Below are positions 18,989 through 41,294 of a stretch of DNA of 64,000 nucleotides, in pieces. This DNA comes from the human T2T-CHM13v2.0 reference genome, Homo sapiens: the NCBI RefSeq assembly GCF_009914755.1, contig NC_060946.1; one strand, written 5' to 3'. The notes under the pieces were generated by a model. It was not told the origin of the DNA, made no database searches, and saw only the letters and a list, made by a program, of their open reading frames with translations. The position numbers and the translations under genes were made by a program. The stretch's first letter is position 1. The number at the start of each line of letters is the position of its first letter.

Positions 18989-19649
18989 GTCGTTGAACCT
19001 GGAACTTCCTCCTTCCTCCTTTCCATCCTTGAGGGCCAGGTGTGGGAACAGATCAAGGTGCAGGCCTTGGTGGCATTTGGGCTGGGGATGGGTGTAAGCG
19101 GATCAAAGCCGGCCCATTCCTCCGTCTCTCCAGCCCTTACAGTGGGTTGGCCTCAAAGGCACGCGGAGCTGACCCGGCATTTACGTCCTAACCAGCCCCT
19201 TTGCTAAATCCTCATAGCAGCAAGCACCCTATGGCCAGGTAAGATGTTTCCAAGGCCTAAAACCAAGATGGCAAAGGCAGCAAGGAACCGCTCTCCTTCC
19301 CTGCACACCTACTCCTTAGCACCTGGGCGGCTTTCCTGAGGTGGAACGCCAGGGTGCTGCGCTGTTCCTTGCTCAGCAGAGACCCAAAGTTCATATACAG
19401 AGTCGAGTCTGCTGAATGACAGGGGCCACGCCAGGGTCTTTGATGGTAATTTTGGGCAAATGATATCCTAACTTAAGACCTCCTCCCGCCACACCTTGGC
19501 CCCCAAGACGAGGCTGTCTGGCAGGATGAGTGTCAGGGTCCTGTGCATTTCACCTGCAGAGCCTCCTGTTGAGCCCATGTGCACCCCCAGGGGCGTGGGG
19601 GGCTCTGAAAGGTTGCCTGAAGTCACACGCGAGTGGGTGGTAGAAAGCC

Positions 19650-21212
19650 TTGTGTGTGAGTATGTGAGTGCCCGTGCCTGTTGTGGTATGTCTATGTGTG
19701 TGTGTTTGTGTTGCGTGTGGCGTGTGGTAACTGTATAATGTAGTTTACGGTGTTGCGTATGTGTGTGAGTGGTGTGTGAGTGTGAGAATGTGTGTGGTAT
19801 GTGGTGTGTGGAGAGTATGTGAGGAGTGTGGTGTGGATGAGTGTGACAGTGTGTGGTGTATATCAGGGGTCCCCAACCCCTGGGCCATGGACCAGTACCA
19901 GTCCATGGCCTGTTAGGAACGGGACCGCGCAGCAGGAGGTGAGCAGTGGGCGAGTGAAACTTCATCTGCATTTGCAGCCGCTCCCTGTAGCTCGCATTAC
20001 TGCCTGAGCTCCGCCTCCTGTCAGATCAGCAGTGGCATTAGAGTGTCACGGGAGCGCGAACCCTGTTGTGAACTGCGCATGCCAGGGATTAGGTTGCATG
20101 CTCCTCACGAGAATCTCATGCCCGATGATGTGTCACTGTCTCCCATCACCCCAGATGGGACCGTCTACTTGCAGGAAAACAAGCTCAGGGCTCCCACTGA
20201 TTCTACATGATGATGAGTTGTACAATCATTTTATTATATATGGCAAAGTAATAATATAGAAATAAGGTGCACAATAACTGCATATAAGGTGCTTGAATCA
20301 TCCCGAAACCACCCCCAGCCCACTCCCGTCTGCAGAAAACCTGTCTTCCACAAAACCGATCCCTGGTGCCAAAAAGGCTGGGGACTGCTGGTATATGTGG
20401 TGTGTGGTGGGGTTGTGTGTGTGAATATGAGGGTGTGTGTGGTTAGTGTGAGAGTATGTGTGGTGTGTGAGTGTGAGAGTGTGTGTGGTGTGGGTGGTGT
20501 ATGTGGTGTGTGGTGGGGGTGTGTGTGAATGAGGGTGTGTGTGGTGTGTGTGGTTAGCGTGAGAGTATGTCTGGTGTGTGTGAGAGTGGTGTGGGTGGTG
20601 TATGTGTGTGTGGTGTGTGGGTGGTGTATGTGAGAGTGTGTATTGTATGTGTGTGGTGTGTGTGGTGTGAGAGTGTGGCAGGTGTGTGTGTGAGTTTGAG
20701 TTGTGTGATGTGTGTGGTGTGTGAGTGTGAGAGTGTGTGTGTGAGTTGGTATGTGTGTTGTGTGGTGTGTTAGAGTGTGGCAGTGTGTGTGCGTGTGTAA
20801 GAGTTTGAGTTGGTGTGTGGTGTCTGAGTGTGACTGTGTGTGTGTGGGAGTTGGTATGTGTAGTGTGTGGTGTGTGAGAGTGTGGCAGTGTGTGTGAGTT
20901 GGTATGTGTGGTGTCTGGTGTGTGAGAGTGGCAGTGTGTGTGAGTTGGTATGCGTGGTGTGTGTAACTGTGTGTGTGTGAGTTGGTATGCGTGGTGTGTG
21001 GTGTGTGAGAGTGTGGCAATGTGTGTGTGTGTAAGAGTTTGAGTTGGTGTGTGGTGTCTGAGTGTGACTGTGTATGTGAGTTGGTATGTGTGGTGTGTGA
21101 GAGTGTGGCAGGGCGTGTGAGTTGGTATGTGTGGTGTGTGGTGTGTGAGAGTGTGGCAGTGTGTGTCAGTTGGTATGTGTGGTGTGTGGTGTGTGAGAAT
21201 GGCAGTGTGTGT
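19650..21212 (+). repeat. TG-rich low-complexity / degenerate tandem repeat, split by MER1A
   Basis: Recurrent ~45-55-nt unit gagttggtatgtgtggtgtgtggtgtgtgagagtgtggcagtgtgtgt. Confidence 0.95.
19864..20390 (+). mobile_element. MER1A-like hAT-Charlie DNA transposon, apparently full length (527 nt)
   Basis: TIRs caggggtccccaacc / ggctggggactgctg; internal aaaacaagctcagggctcccactgattctaca; degenerate 8-bp TSD gtgtatat / gtatatgt. Confidence 0.88.
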
Positions 21213-21821
21213 GGCTGGGGTGGCTCCTCCCATCCTCACTCCCTACCGCCCCTCCCGTGGCATTCCCACGCAGTGTGGTTTCACCGAAACAGCCTTGGAA
21301 CCCTTGGGACTAAGAGTCCTGAGCCCAAGCCCCGCCTCTGCCCCTCACTGCGGTGTGAGCCGTTATGGACCTCGGTTTCCTCATCTGAGAAGAGGGAAGA
21401 AGAATTCTTGATGGGCCTCTGCAGCAGGGTTCCTTTGGGAAACCCAGGCAGAAGCACAAGGCCCAGTTTTTTTGGGGGAGGACCGTGGGGCCCATCTGGG
21501 GGACAGCATGCACCTCAGGACCAGGCTGGCCCAGCTTGAGCCTGGATTCTGCATGTCCTTGGCTGGGGACTCAGGCTCCCTGAGCGCAGTGAGTGATCTG
21601 CAGAATGGGGTCTCCAGGGGACCTACCTGGAACAGTAGCTGCAAGTGGCTGGCTGCAGTAGGACCTATACATCATCTGTTCACAGCGTTCCAAAGGGTGA
21701 GGCCATCCCCAGAAGAGTGACAGCCACCGTCCACCTGGCCCCGTCAGACCAGGGCCCTTTGCCTCATCTTTACTTGTAATCCATATCTCAGCCATCTCAC
21801 CAGAAGACTTGAGTCAGTTTA

Positions 21822-22257
<436 letters not shown>

Positions 22258-22405
22258 CTAAAACCTGAGAGAAGTCGCCCCACTGGGTCCCAGGGTCATC
22301 CCTGGATCCCCGGCAGCCAGGGCGGGGGAGACACCCGCCGCCTCCTGGGAGAAGGGTGAGGGTGGTGCGGTGTCTGGGAAGTAACCGGGCTGCATCCCAC
22401 CACAG

Positions 22406-22538
22406 TCACCCCATACTCGACGATCGACACGTGGCCAGGCCGGCGGAGCGGAGGCATGATCGTCATCACTTCCATCCTGGGCTCCCTGCCCTTCTTTCTA
22501 CTTGTGGGTTTTGCTGGCGCCATTGCCCTCAGCCTCGT
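22406..22538 (+). CDS. UPK3A: Uroplakin-3a exon 5 (conserved juxtamembrane motif and TM helix)
   Basis: acag|TC acceptor; TPYSTIDTWPGRRSGGMIVITSILGSLPFFLLVGFAGAIALSL; donor GTAAGT at 22539. Confidence 0.98.
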
Positions 22539-24107
22539 GTAAGTACCTGCCTGCTGGGAGGGCTGGACCCCAGGGACATGCCAGACACATTTGGCTCACA
22601 GGGACTCAGCAGTGGGGTCCTCCGAGGCAGGGGACAGCCCGGAAGGCAAGGAAGCTACCCTCTGCCCCGCGGGTGGGGTCTGGTGAAGAGGGAGCAGAGT
22701 CCTGGGATTTCAAAGCGGGAGGATCATCAAAGTCAAGTTGCTCAGCTGGGAAGGGTGGGACTCAGCACCTGGGCTTGTGGGCAGACAGCCGATTCAGATC
22801 TTAGCTCTGACACTGAAGAGTTATGCAACCTTAGGTATGGCTTGCTATCCTTCTGTTCTTCAGTTTCCCCATCTGGAAAATGGAAATAATAAATATTAGT
22901 CATCTCACGGAGTTGTGAAGGTTAAGTGGAATAATCTCTATAGAGTCTCTAGAGCAGTGCCTGGGAACTCAACAAGCATTTGCTTTCGTTGTCATTATAA
23001 TACACCTACTTGCAGTACAGAGGGGGAAACTGAGGCCCAGAGGGGGTCAGAGTGGCCCAAGGCGACACAACCTGGGACCAGAACCCAGAGTTGGGGGCCT
23101 AGAACCTGGGACTCGGGACTCCACTGACACCTCTGATTTGTGTCGCCTTTGGATGAGGACTTGAGGTCTCCCGAGGGGTGTACCAGGTTTAGCAGGGCTG
23201 TGGGTGGGAAAGACAGGTGAACCCACAGTCCACTAGCCCCTGGGAAGACCAGGCAGGGGACAAACCAAGGTGCCGTGGGAATCCAGAGGAGGGCCGGGGG
23301 GGTGCTGCCTGGAGCATCAGGGTGGCCTTCCTGGAGGAAGGGTCAGTGTGAGCAAACTCTCATCAGCAGAGTGTTCCTCAGTGAGAGGCAGGGAGGCAGG
23401 GAGGCCCAGGGGACTTTGAAGACTGAGAGAGGTCCCAGTGTGGGTAAGGGTGGAGCAGATAGGAAAGTTTCTTGGAGTAGGTATAGTTAAGTGGATCCAT
23501 GGAAAGCAGCCAGGCAGGAAAAGATAGGTGGGGCGGGTGGAGATCGAGTGAGGAAGGAGGCTGAGAACTTGTGAATCAGGTTGGTGGGCTGTGGGCTCAC
23601 CTGTCTTCCGCACCCCCAGCCCTGCTAACCCTGGTACACCCCCCCCCGGGAGACCTCGAGTCCTCATCCAAAGCTGACACAAATCAGAGGTGTCAGTGGA
23701 GTCCCGAGTCCCGGGTTGTAGGCCCCCAACTCTGGGTTCTGGTCCCAGGCTGTGTCACCTTTACCATTTAATGACAAATGACTCTGACATTTAAGTGAAC
23801 AAAAACAAAATAGATGATATCAGCCTCCCAGAAACTCTGCCTGGCTGCACCCGGGAGCAGTCAGAACACAGCAATGTCCCTCCTTCCTTTTGGACAGTGC
23901 CCTAATCTGGCACTGAAGACCCTGCTATCTGAAATTAGCCCCAGTTTTTCCATGTATCCCTCTTGCTATCCCCACTTTGTTCCGGCTCCAGCTGCACTAA
24001 ACTGCGATCTGTACCATCGCTCCAGATACTCCTCAGCCCTTCCTGCCTCACACCCACCATGTGCTGACTGACCCCACACTTGGATGCCTTTCTCTTCCCC
24101 TACGCTC

Positions 24108-24407
<300 letters not shown>

Positions 24408-24786
24408 TAGGGCCACGTGAGCTGCCGCCTCCTCCAGGAAGCCTTCCTGCAGCTCCCACCTGCGCTTGTCCATGCTGCGTGGTCATTGTTGCAGTCAGTC
24501 TGCCCCTGCAACCTTAGCTCTTTGGGAACATGGGACAATGGCCTCAAATTGTCCAGCTCCCAATAAGACCTATAAGTTGTTCACATCATTCCAAAAGGTG
24601 GACCTCTTCCTTATTCCCAGGGCCTGGCACAGGGTCAGTGCTCCAGAAAGATGGATTGATTGAATTCATGTCTACGAAGACGATATCTGTGAAAGCTATG
24701 TCTGAGTATGAAGGTCCCCAAGCAGCTAAAGGCATTTGGGTTTGCTCTGGTCCCCTAATCCTGGGTCTTTCCATCCCCTTGGACAG

Positions 24787-24946
24787 GGACATGGGGAGTT
24801 CTGATGGGGAAACGACTCACGACTCCCAAATCACTCAGGAGGCTGTTCCCAAGTCGCTGGGGGCCTCGGAGTCTTCCTACACGTCCGTGAACCGGGGGCC
24901 GCCACTGGACAGGGCTGAGGTGTATTCCAGCAAGCTCCAGGACTGA
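24787..24946 (+). CDS. UPK3A: Uroplakin-3a exon 6 (cytoplasmic tail, stop)
   Basis: acag|G acceptor; DMGSSDGETTHDSQITQEAVPKSLGASESSYTSVNRGPPLDRAEVYSSKLQD; TGA 24944-24946. Confidence 0.98.
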
Positions 24947-25077
24947 GCCCAGCACCACCCCTGGGCAGCAGCATCCTCCTCTCTGGCCTTGCCCCAGGCC
25001 CTGCAGCGGTGGTTGTCACACCCTGACTTCAGGGAAGGTGAAACAGGGCTTGTCCCTCCAACTGCAGGAAAACCCTT

Positions 25078-25083
25078 AATAAA
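25078..25083 (+). terminator. UPK3A: UPK3A polyadenylation signal
   Basis: AATAAA about 130 nt after the stop codon. Confidence 0.9.
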
Positions 25084-25211
25084 ATCTTCTGATGAGTTCT
25101 AGTTCAGTAACTACTTACAGAATGAATGAGTGAGAAGGTGAATGAATGAATCAATGCCAAACTGAGGGCTTGAATTGTTTCTCTACAGGGTAGGTGGGAG
25201 CAGGGGGGCTA

Positions 25212-25738
<527 letters not shown>

Positions 25739-26233
25739 CTAAGCCCCTAGTCTCGGTCTTCTCATCTGTAACATGGGCTGGTGGAAATGGTGAATTTCTG
25801 AGGCCATGCATACCTGGCTAGCAAAAGAGAAGAGCTGCCCAGCCCCCCTGCTCCAGGCCTCAGTACACTCCCACTCCAGCAGGAAGACCAGAGGATGGTG
25901 AATGAGGCACAGCGACAGAAGCTATCACTTCCGGGCTGAGGCTGCCGGATGCCTGGGAGGGGGCATCAGGTCAGCCTGGGGGGTGAAGGGGCTGTCCCAG
26001 TCTAGGGTCTCCATTCAAAAGCTTCAACTCTCTCTTCTGAGCCAGGCAGAAAGACTGCTTCCCCATTGGGCGTGCAAGACAAAATCACAGTCCGTCTTCC
26101 TGTTGCTGAAGGAAGATGTGGTTTGTCAGAGCAGGGTTGGTTACAGAGTGGATGCTACCCAAGCGCTACAAATACAACAGCCCAGGCAGGCTGGCGGGTG
26201 CCCCAGGTGGACCAGATACTTACCCCAGGGCCA

Positions 26234-26805
<572 letters not shown>

Positions 26806-27304
26806 CCCCAGAGAGTATTAATTCCTCCCGCTTCTGTCCCCAAAGAGACTGTTGGGAGAGGCTGCCGAGGCAGTAAAGTGCAGTCACTCTGAAGTCAGAG
26901 GGGTCTGACTTAACCTTTCAGCCAGGTGACCTTTCAGCAAGTGCTTCTGGAGGAGCTACCCCACCTCCTGCAGCCTCCATTTCCTCATTGGTAAATGGGT
27001 GCCGCACACGGTGGGGGTGAGGGTGAAGTGGAACAGTGCGTGTCCACTGGTATCCCTGCTCCCCGCTACATTACAGCCCCCATGTTCCAGCTGGTGAGTG
27101 TCTCTGCAGCGTCTAGACTGAGCTACTGGAGGGCCGGTAAAGGTTGGATCCATTTTTGTGACCCCCACCCCACGCAGCACACAGCAAGGAGGGGAAGGAG
27201 TTTGGTCATCATAATAATCACTCGCGTCGTTATTTATTGGACACGTGTTTTGTGCTCCGTGTTCATGGGAGGAATGAGGCATCCACTTTAAGGAGCTATA
27301 TATA

Positions 27305-35020
<7,716 letters not shown>

Positions 35021-35107
35021 TGTCCCTTACACAACTTCATTTGTCTTCATAGCCTCATCACGCCCTGACACCCGGGTTCATTGTCCATTTCCCCACCCAC
35101 TACGCTG

Positions 35108-35546
35108 TGAATGGCAGATGGACCTGACAGCAGTAACTTAAGCATACCCTGAAAATGACCCTTTGGTCTAAGAAGAAAGTGTGTTTGGAGTCTTGAGCTA
35201 AGGAATCTGGGAGTGGCCAACTAGGAGTCTCACTTCTTTTCTATGAAGAGATCTGAACCCCTGGCCTGTTGGTCCCTTGGAATGCAGGCCGTACAGGGGA
35301 TCCAGGCCCTTTGTTGTGGCTTAAATGGAGGTTGCTAGGTGGAGAGGGCTCCACAAAAATTGCTATATAAATTGCATGCTTTTTACAAATGATAGTGTTT
35401 CTCCTGTCCAGGCCACTGCCACTGGATCACTTTTGTATCTAAGTCCTCAATAAACTCCATGTCTCATTCACTGGCTCTGGGTCTCTTCTTCGGCCTCTTG
35501 GACATGGTGCCATTCTTATTGGAGTCAATAGGGGCCTGGCGCACCA
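35108..35546 (+). mobile_element. Solo ERV LTR (ERV1 class, LTR15-like; family uncertain)
   Basis: TG...CA termini, TATATAAA 35364-35371, AATAAA 35449-35454; interrupts an L2-like stretch. Confidence 0.7.
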
Positions 35547-38269
35547 TGTTGTCAGCTCCACGAGGGCAGTGCTGGTTTTCCCGCTATGTCCTCGGCTCCT
35601 TACACAGCGGGTGTTCAGCAGATATTGTTCAGTGCTCCTGCCAGTCCTCCCGGACATGGCGTGTCTTGGTGGCAGGTGACATGGACTGGTGAGTGGAGAC
35701 CTCAGAGCAGCCTGTTGCAAAACTTCCAGGCCAGCAGTAAGGGGTCCTGAGCTGGGGCACGGGTGGGGTCTGGGGAAAGGAGACGAGCTGACGGAGAAGG
35801 AGGGCCAGAGAGACTTTTCCAAGGTGCAGGCTCCCCTCTTCCCTTCCCCTGCCTGCCATACACACCCCGCCTGCTGCTCAGCAATGGCATCACAGCCCCT
35901 CCTGCCAGCCTGCCCGGATGCAGGGAGCAGCAGGAGAGTTTCTACAGGAAATAGACATGGGCATGGGTGGCATGTGGGGAGGCTCTAAAAGGCTTGATTA
36001 GCTCCTTTACCATGAGTGTGTTTACAGCATGTATGTGTAATGACACACACAGTGTGAGGGTGTATATTGCATGGTGCGTGTTATCTCTGTGGGGTGTGTT
36101 CTTGTACACCGGTGCAGGGCATATATGTGTTATGATGTGGGTTTGTCCAGAGAATAAAGCAACAACTTCCTCTCCAGGATGGGAGGACTGTTATGTGGTC
36201 TCTGGTGTCCTTTCTGTCCATTCTTTAGAGCATCCCACCAGGGACCCTGCCTGTGAATCTGTTGGCTCTCTCTTTTCTGACAGTGCAAAACAAAGCTCCT
36301 TCTGCAGCCAGACAGACCCTGGCAGCAATTCCAAGCAGATGCCCACTTACCAGCTCGGACTAGTTGCTCTAACGCCTCTGAGCCTGTTTTTTGGTCTGTT
36401 AAAGGAGATTAATAACACCTACCACGCAGGGTGGCAGCGACAGTGAGGAAAGGTATGCCTATGAAGAGCTTAGAATAGCGCCTGACACACAGTAGGTGCT
36501 CAATTCACAGTAGTGTATATGCCCACACACAGGTATGTACATTCCAAATGCACCAACGCCCCTCAAGATACCCTCAATACACAAATAGATTGAGTCTGGG
36601 CTGGATGCGGTGGCTCATGCCTGTAATCCCAGCACTTTGGGAGGCTGAGGTGGGAGGATCACTTGAGCCCAGGAGTTCAAGACCAGCCTGGACTGGTGGA
36701 GACATGGTGAGACTCTGTCTCCATGAAAAATAATTAAAAATTTAAAAAATATATTTTAATTTGAAAACTTTTAAAAAGGAAAGATATGGACTGGGTCTGG
36801 TCGCTGGGCTCCTGACGACAAGGCTTGCTGTGCACATACATCTTCATTAGTGTGAGCTGTGCTCACGTCGGCTGCGTGGAGGCTGGGACAGACACGGACA
36901 CCCCACAGTGCCCAGTGATGTGTCACACCCACACATCAGCACCACGCTGACCTCTTGCCAACCTGCCATATCTGCCCCCTTATCTACTCAGAATGGTCAA
37001 GGTGCCCAGGGGGCAGTGTCTCTCAGTAATTTTCCACAACCTGAGAAAAAGCTGTGTTTCTCTCAGATGTGGGGAAAAGGGGAGCCCTTGTTCCTGAGGC
37101 ATCCTTCCTGCTGTCCTTGCTCTTGTAAGGCTGACTGGCTGAGTTTTTGGGTGGAGGGGCTGAGGCTCCCAGCCTATCTCAGATGGTGCTGAATGTGGCT
37201 GGAGGTTACGATTGCTTTGGTCCCACCACCCCTCAGAGGATGCCCTGCGCAGAGTCTTGGGTCTGACTGACCTCGGCAGCACCCAGCCCATAAGGTCCTG
37301 TTAATCAAAATCCTTGCTGGGGCCTGGGAGCTCCATGAGGGAAGGGGCCACATCTCCCACAGGTCTCGGGCTTCAGCACCCAGTACAGGAGCAGGTGTTC
37401 ATGAACTGAATTATATATCTTTTGCATTAAAAAAAATTTTTTTTGAGACAGAGTCTCGCTCTGTTGCCCGGGCTGGAGTGAAGTGGCATGATCTCAGCTC
37501 ACTGCTGCCTCTGCCACCCGGGTTCAAGTGATTCTCCTGCCTCAGCCTCCCGAGTAGCTGGGATTACAGGTGTCCGCCACCACGCCCGGCTAATTTTTGT
37601 ATTTTCAGTAGAGATGAGGTTTTGCCAGGTTGCCCAGGCTGGTCTGGAACTGCTGACTTCAGGTGATCCACCTGCCTCAGCCTCCCAAAGTGCTGAGATT
37701 ACAGGCGTGAGCCACCGGCCTTTTTTTGCATTTAAGTCGCACCTCCAGGGGTTGGGGAGCTGTATGCAGTGGTGGTTACATGTGTGGGCTGAGGCATGGA
37801 ACTACACAACCTCTTGGGCCTGAGCTTCCCCTTGTTAAACTGGAATAACAATGAAGACGCCTTCCTCATAGGGTTGTTCCAAGAACACCATGAAGGAACG
37901 CATGCAAAGTGCTCAGGGAGTGCCTGACCCCACATACAGAGCACCCAGGGGCTGCCCTCTTCATCCCAGAGTCACTACTCCCACTGTTTTCTGGGCTCTG
38001 GCCCCCCCTAAAATTTCACAGGCCGCTAACACAACACTACCTTCTGTCACAAAATGAGAGCTTTCTGGTGGGCTAGGGTAGGGGGAGATATTAACAGCCA
38101 ACTTTAAAATCAGGCAGGAAAAAAAGGTGCCAAGGAGACAGGAAGTAATAAATGACTCCAGGTTGGGCAGGGCAGGCTGGGAAGAGGAAGTGGATTGGGT
38201 CTTGTTTAGGTAAAAGACTTCAGTGGCAGACAAAGGAGGAGTAATAAGATCGCTAGGGGGCCCGTGCCC

Positions 38270-40080
38270 AGCCCACCCACGCACAATCTCAGTCCTCGCA
38301 ATACCCACAAGGTAGGTGCTAGGATCACACCCTTTACGGACGCGGCACCTGCGACAGGGATGCGCGAGGAGTCAGGGGGCCTCGCCGGATCGAACCTAAG
38401 CTGGGGAAGAGTATTTCTTGTATTTTTAGGAGAAATTCTCAGCCTCGGGGAAGAGTATTTCTTGATGAGGGAAGAGCGCGGGGAAGACACTCACGCACGC
38501 ACAAACATGTGGGCGGCCATGGTGTGCCCAGCGCCGTGCTGGCTTCTGGGAACCCCCAGTGGACAAGACGGACAAGGTACCGGCTCTCATGGGAAGTGGG
38601 AGCCAGTCACAAGCGTACCTAATTTCGGAGAGTGACAAGTACTCTGAAAAAGAAAGAAGGTAGGGCTGGTGACTGGCCAATTTAAGCGGGCAGGAGTCTG
38701 CTGGGGGACGGAGACCAGCCTCAGGTCTGGGTTGGGGACAGAAGCTGTGCCTAAGTGTGGTGCAGGATGCAGTTGCAAAGGAGCGCTTCCGATCGCACTT
38801 GATGCTCGCCACGTCCCTGCAAAGTGCTCCCGCCCCCTTTCTGCAAATGAGGAAACGGGACGCGCGGCTCGCCGGGCCAGGTAGGGCTAGGACGCGGACT
38901 CTAGGCCCAAGCGCTCCCCAGCGCAAGCCCTCCCCCGCACATCCGACCGCGCCTGCGCTGGAGACCCCGGGGGCGTGGCCTCCCCGGTGGGCGGGACCGT
39001 GGTCACCGAGGTGGGCGGTGCCAGAGGATCTGGCGGCGGGGCGGGGCGGGGCGCGCGTCCTGGCTTCGCCCTTCCCCGGGGCGGGGCCTCCGGGGACCGC
39101 GGGGCCGTTGGTTTCGGGACGGAACGTTCACGCGGCTGGGGCGGGCGCGCGGGGGAAGGGTTTGCGGCGGCGCCGCTGCCGGCTAACGCGGAGGGGCGCC
39201 TGGAGGCGGCGTGGCGTCCGCTCTGGCTCCGACTCCGGCTCTCGCTCTCGCTTCTAGCCCGCGTGCCTGCGCAGTCCCCTCCCCGAGAACCATCCCCTTG
39301 CCCCGCCCAGCGTCAGGGGTGCGCGGCCGCCGAGAGACCCCGGAGGCGTAGCCGGCTGCGGAGGCGAAGAGGTGGCAGCGCGAGCTGGGACCAGCGTCTC
39401 GGAGGCGCCGCAGGTGAGGGGGCGGGGCGGGCCCGCGGTCCCTGCATCCGGAGCCCCTGGGGACCCCGAGATCCTCAGGATCCGCCCCGGCCCCGGGGCC
39501 ACCCCAGGACTCCCTCTCAGCTCTTCCCCTGGAGCCCCTGCCCCCGAGACCCCCTCAGGATCCGCCCTGCCCCTCCAGGCCCGCGAACCCCGAAACTCCA
39601 AGATTTTCTCTGGACTCCGAGACCCCCTGAGGACCCCGGCCGCTAGTGGGCCCTGAGAACTGTTGGTTCCGGAAACTCTCGAGGTTCCCTTGGGACTTGC
39701 TTCCAGCAACCTCCTCAGAAGCCCCCAGGCCCGGGGCATCTTCCTGTGGGGAGCCGTGGTTCCCAGTGTCCTTAGCCCCGCGAGACCCCGGGTCCCCGTG
39801 CCGCCCACCCTGAGGCTCCCTCTCCGACCTGATCTCAGGGCTAGGTTTCTCCAACTTGAGGTCCCTGGACCTGCGGGGCGTGGGTGGAAGTGTTCCCAGG
39901 TCTGGTGATAACTTAAGACGGTAACAGCGCGCCCGACGACCACCTCCTAAGCTGTGGTCCCCGCGCCTGCAGGTGCAGGGCCGGGTTTAAGTTTTAATGT
40001 TCTGCTGAGACTCAGGTGGCCCCACAGGACAGTCTATAGAGCAGGAGACCTGAGGTGGCCGAGGGCGGCCGAACCGGGGA
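38270..40080 (+). promoter_or_regulatory. FAM118A: FAM118A CpG island / promoter
   Basis: Very CpG-dense core at ~38800-39830; tandem GC boxes ggggcggggcggggcg at ~39038-39053. Confidence 0.9.
39258..39413 (+). other. FAM118A: FAM118A non-coding 5'UTR exon (5' edge depends on TSS or acceptor used)
   Basis: Strong donor CAG|GTGAGG at 39414; acceptor ctctcgcttctag| at 39257; possible upstream first exon ending CAG|GTAGGG at 38880. Confidence 0.75.
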
Positions 40081-41294
40081 GGGAGCGAGTTAGGGCACAT
40101 GGGGACGCTTTTAGGTTGTCTCCTCCTTAATTTTTTCATTCAAGGAACTAACATTTTGTTTTTGAATGCCTGATAGGCTCCAGGAATTGACACTGGAAAT
40201 AGAGATGAGACGGTCCCTGCTGTCAGGGCCTAGGGACCTGGGGCATAAGACAAGTAGGTCGTTTTTATCTGGAGGAAGCTGTGTCGTCGCTGGCAGGGAA
40301 CCCATCTGGGTGGGCATGGGATTCTGGGAAGGGGTGGGTGTTAAGGAGGGCGTCTTAGGAGTCGTGGGGAGGAGATGCTAAGCAGCAGGTGAGCTGATTC
40401 TTGAAGGTTGAGCTAGAGGAGAAGTTTGCCAGGGTCATTCCAGGCAGAGTTTCAGGGGACAGCCAGTATGTCAAAAGGCAGAGAGGCTGCCACGGCACAC
40501 AGTGTTGGAAGGCGGGAGGTGTGGCTGGAGCACACCTAATGAAGGTGGCGTGGGAGTGAATGCTAACTGCGGAGAACCCAGCTTTGCTCCCGGAGGCCCA
40601 CCGTGCCCTTGGCCCTTTCTTGAACGACTGCACCTGCCATTGTCCTGAGAAATGATCCAGCTGAGCTGAAGGAAGGTGGGAGGTGGTCAGGGGGAGAAGT
40701 GAGGGAAGTGTCTCGCTAGAGACCTGGTATGGGAGAAGCTGGGACTTTTGCAGAGTACTGGGTTTGAGGTGGGAGTGACAAGAAAGAGGGTGTGATTCTG
40801 AGAGCCAGTCAGGACCAAAGCATGCCCAGTTTAAGCTGAGTGGAGGGTTTGGTACTTAAAGGGAGTGGGTGGCCATTGAAGGGCTTTGGGAGGAGAGGGG
40901 CGGGAGTTGGTGTGTTTTTGAACCATCCATGTGGCTGTGGTGGGGAGACTTTTTTGGAGGAAGCAAGACCCTATGAGAGATGGGGGTGACCTGGACCAAG
41001 GCGGTGGTAGTGGGGGACTGTGGCTTTCTGGAACGGGGCTAAGCTTCTGAAAGCCCAGGCCCAGAAGACTGGTTCCCGCTCTTTCCTGTCTGAGCCTGGG
41101 GTCTGAACTTTAAGTGAGGTTTTTGTCCTATTACCGTAGGGTCTGTGGTCGCCTTAGTGCTTCATGGTGACTGTGTGTGTGTGCTTCACCATAGTCTAAT
41201 GACCACACAGGACGCAGTGGGGCAGGGTGGGGAGAGGCTGAGTCTCAGAGGTGGGCCAGGACCATGCTGGGCTAGGGGTCCTGAAGAGAACCTG

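Noticed and set aside
20234-21239. 261-aa and 313-aa His/Thr-rich ORFs on the minus strand
   Set aside because: Translation of CA-rich low-complexity sequence that lacks stop codons
38757-39943. 166-229-aa ORFs over the FAM118A CpG island (and similar ones at 13893-14524)
   Set aside because: GC-rich, stop-poor sequence giving Arg/Pro/Gly/Ala-biased products with no recognisable domain
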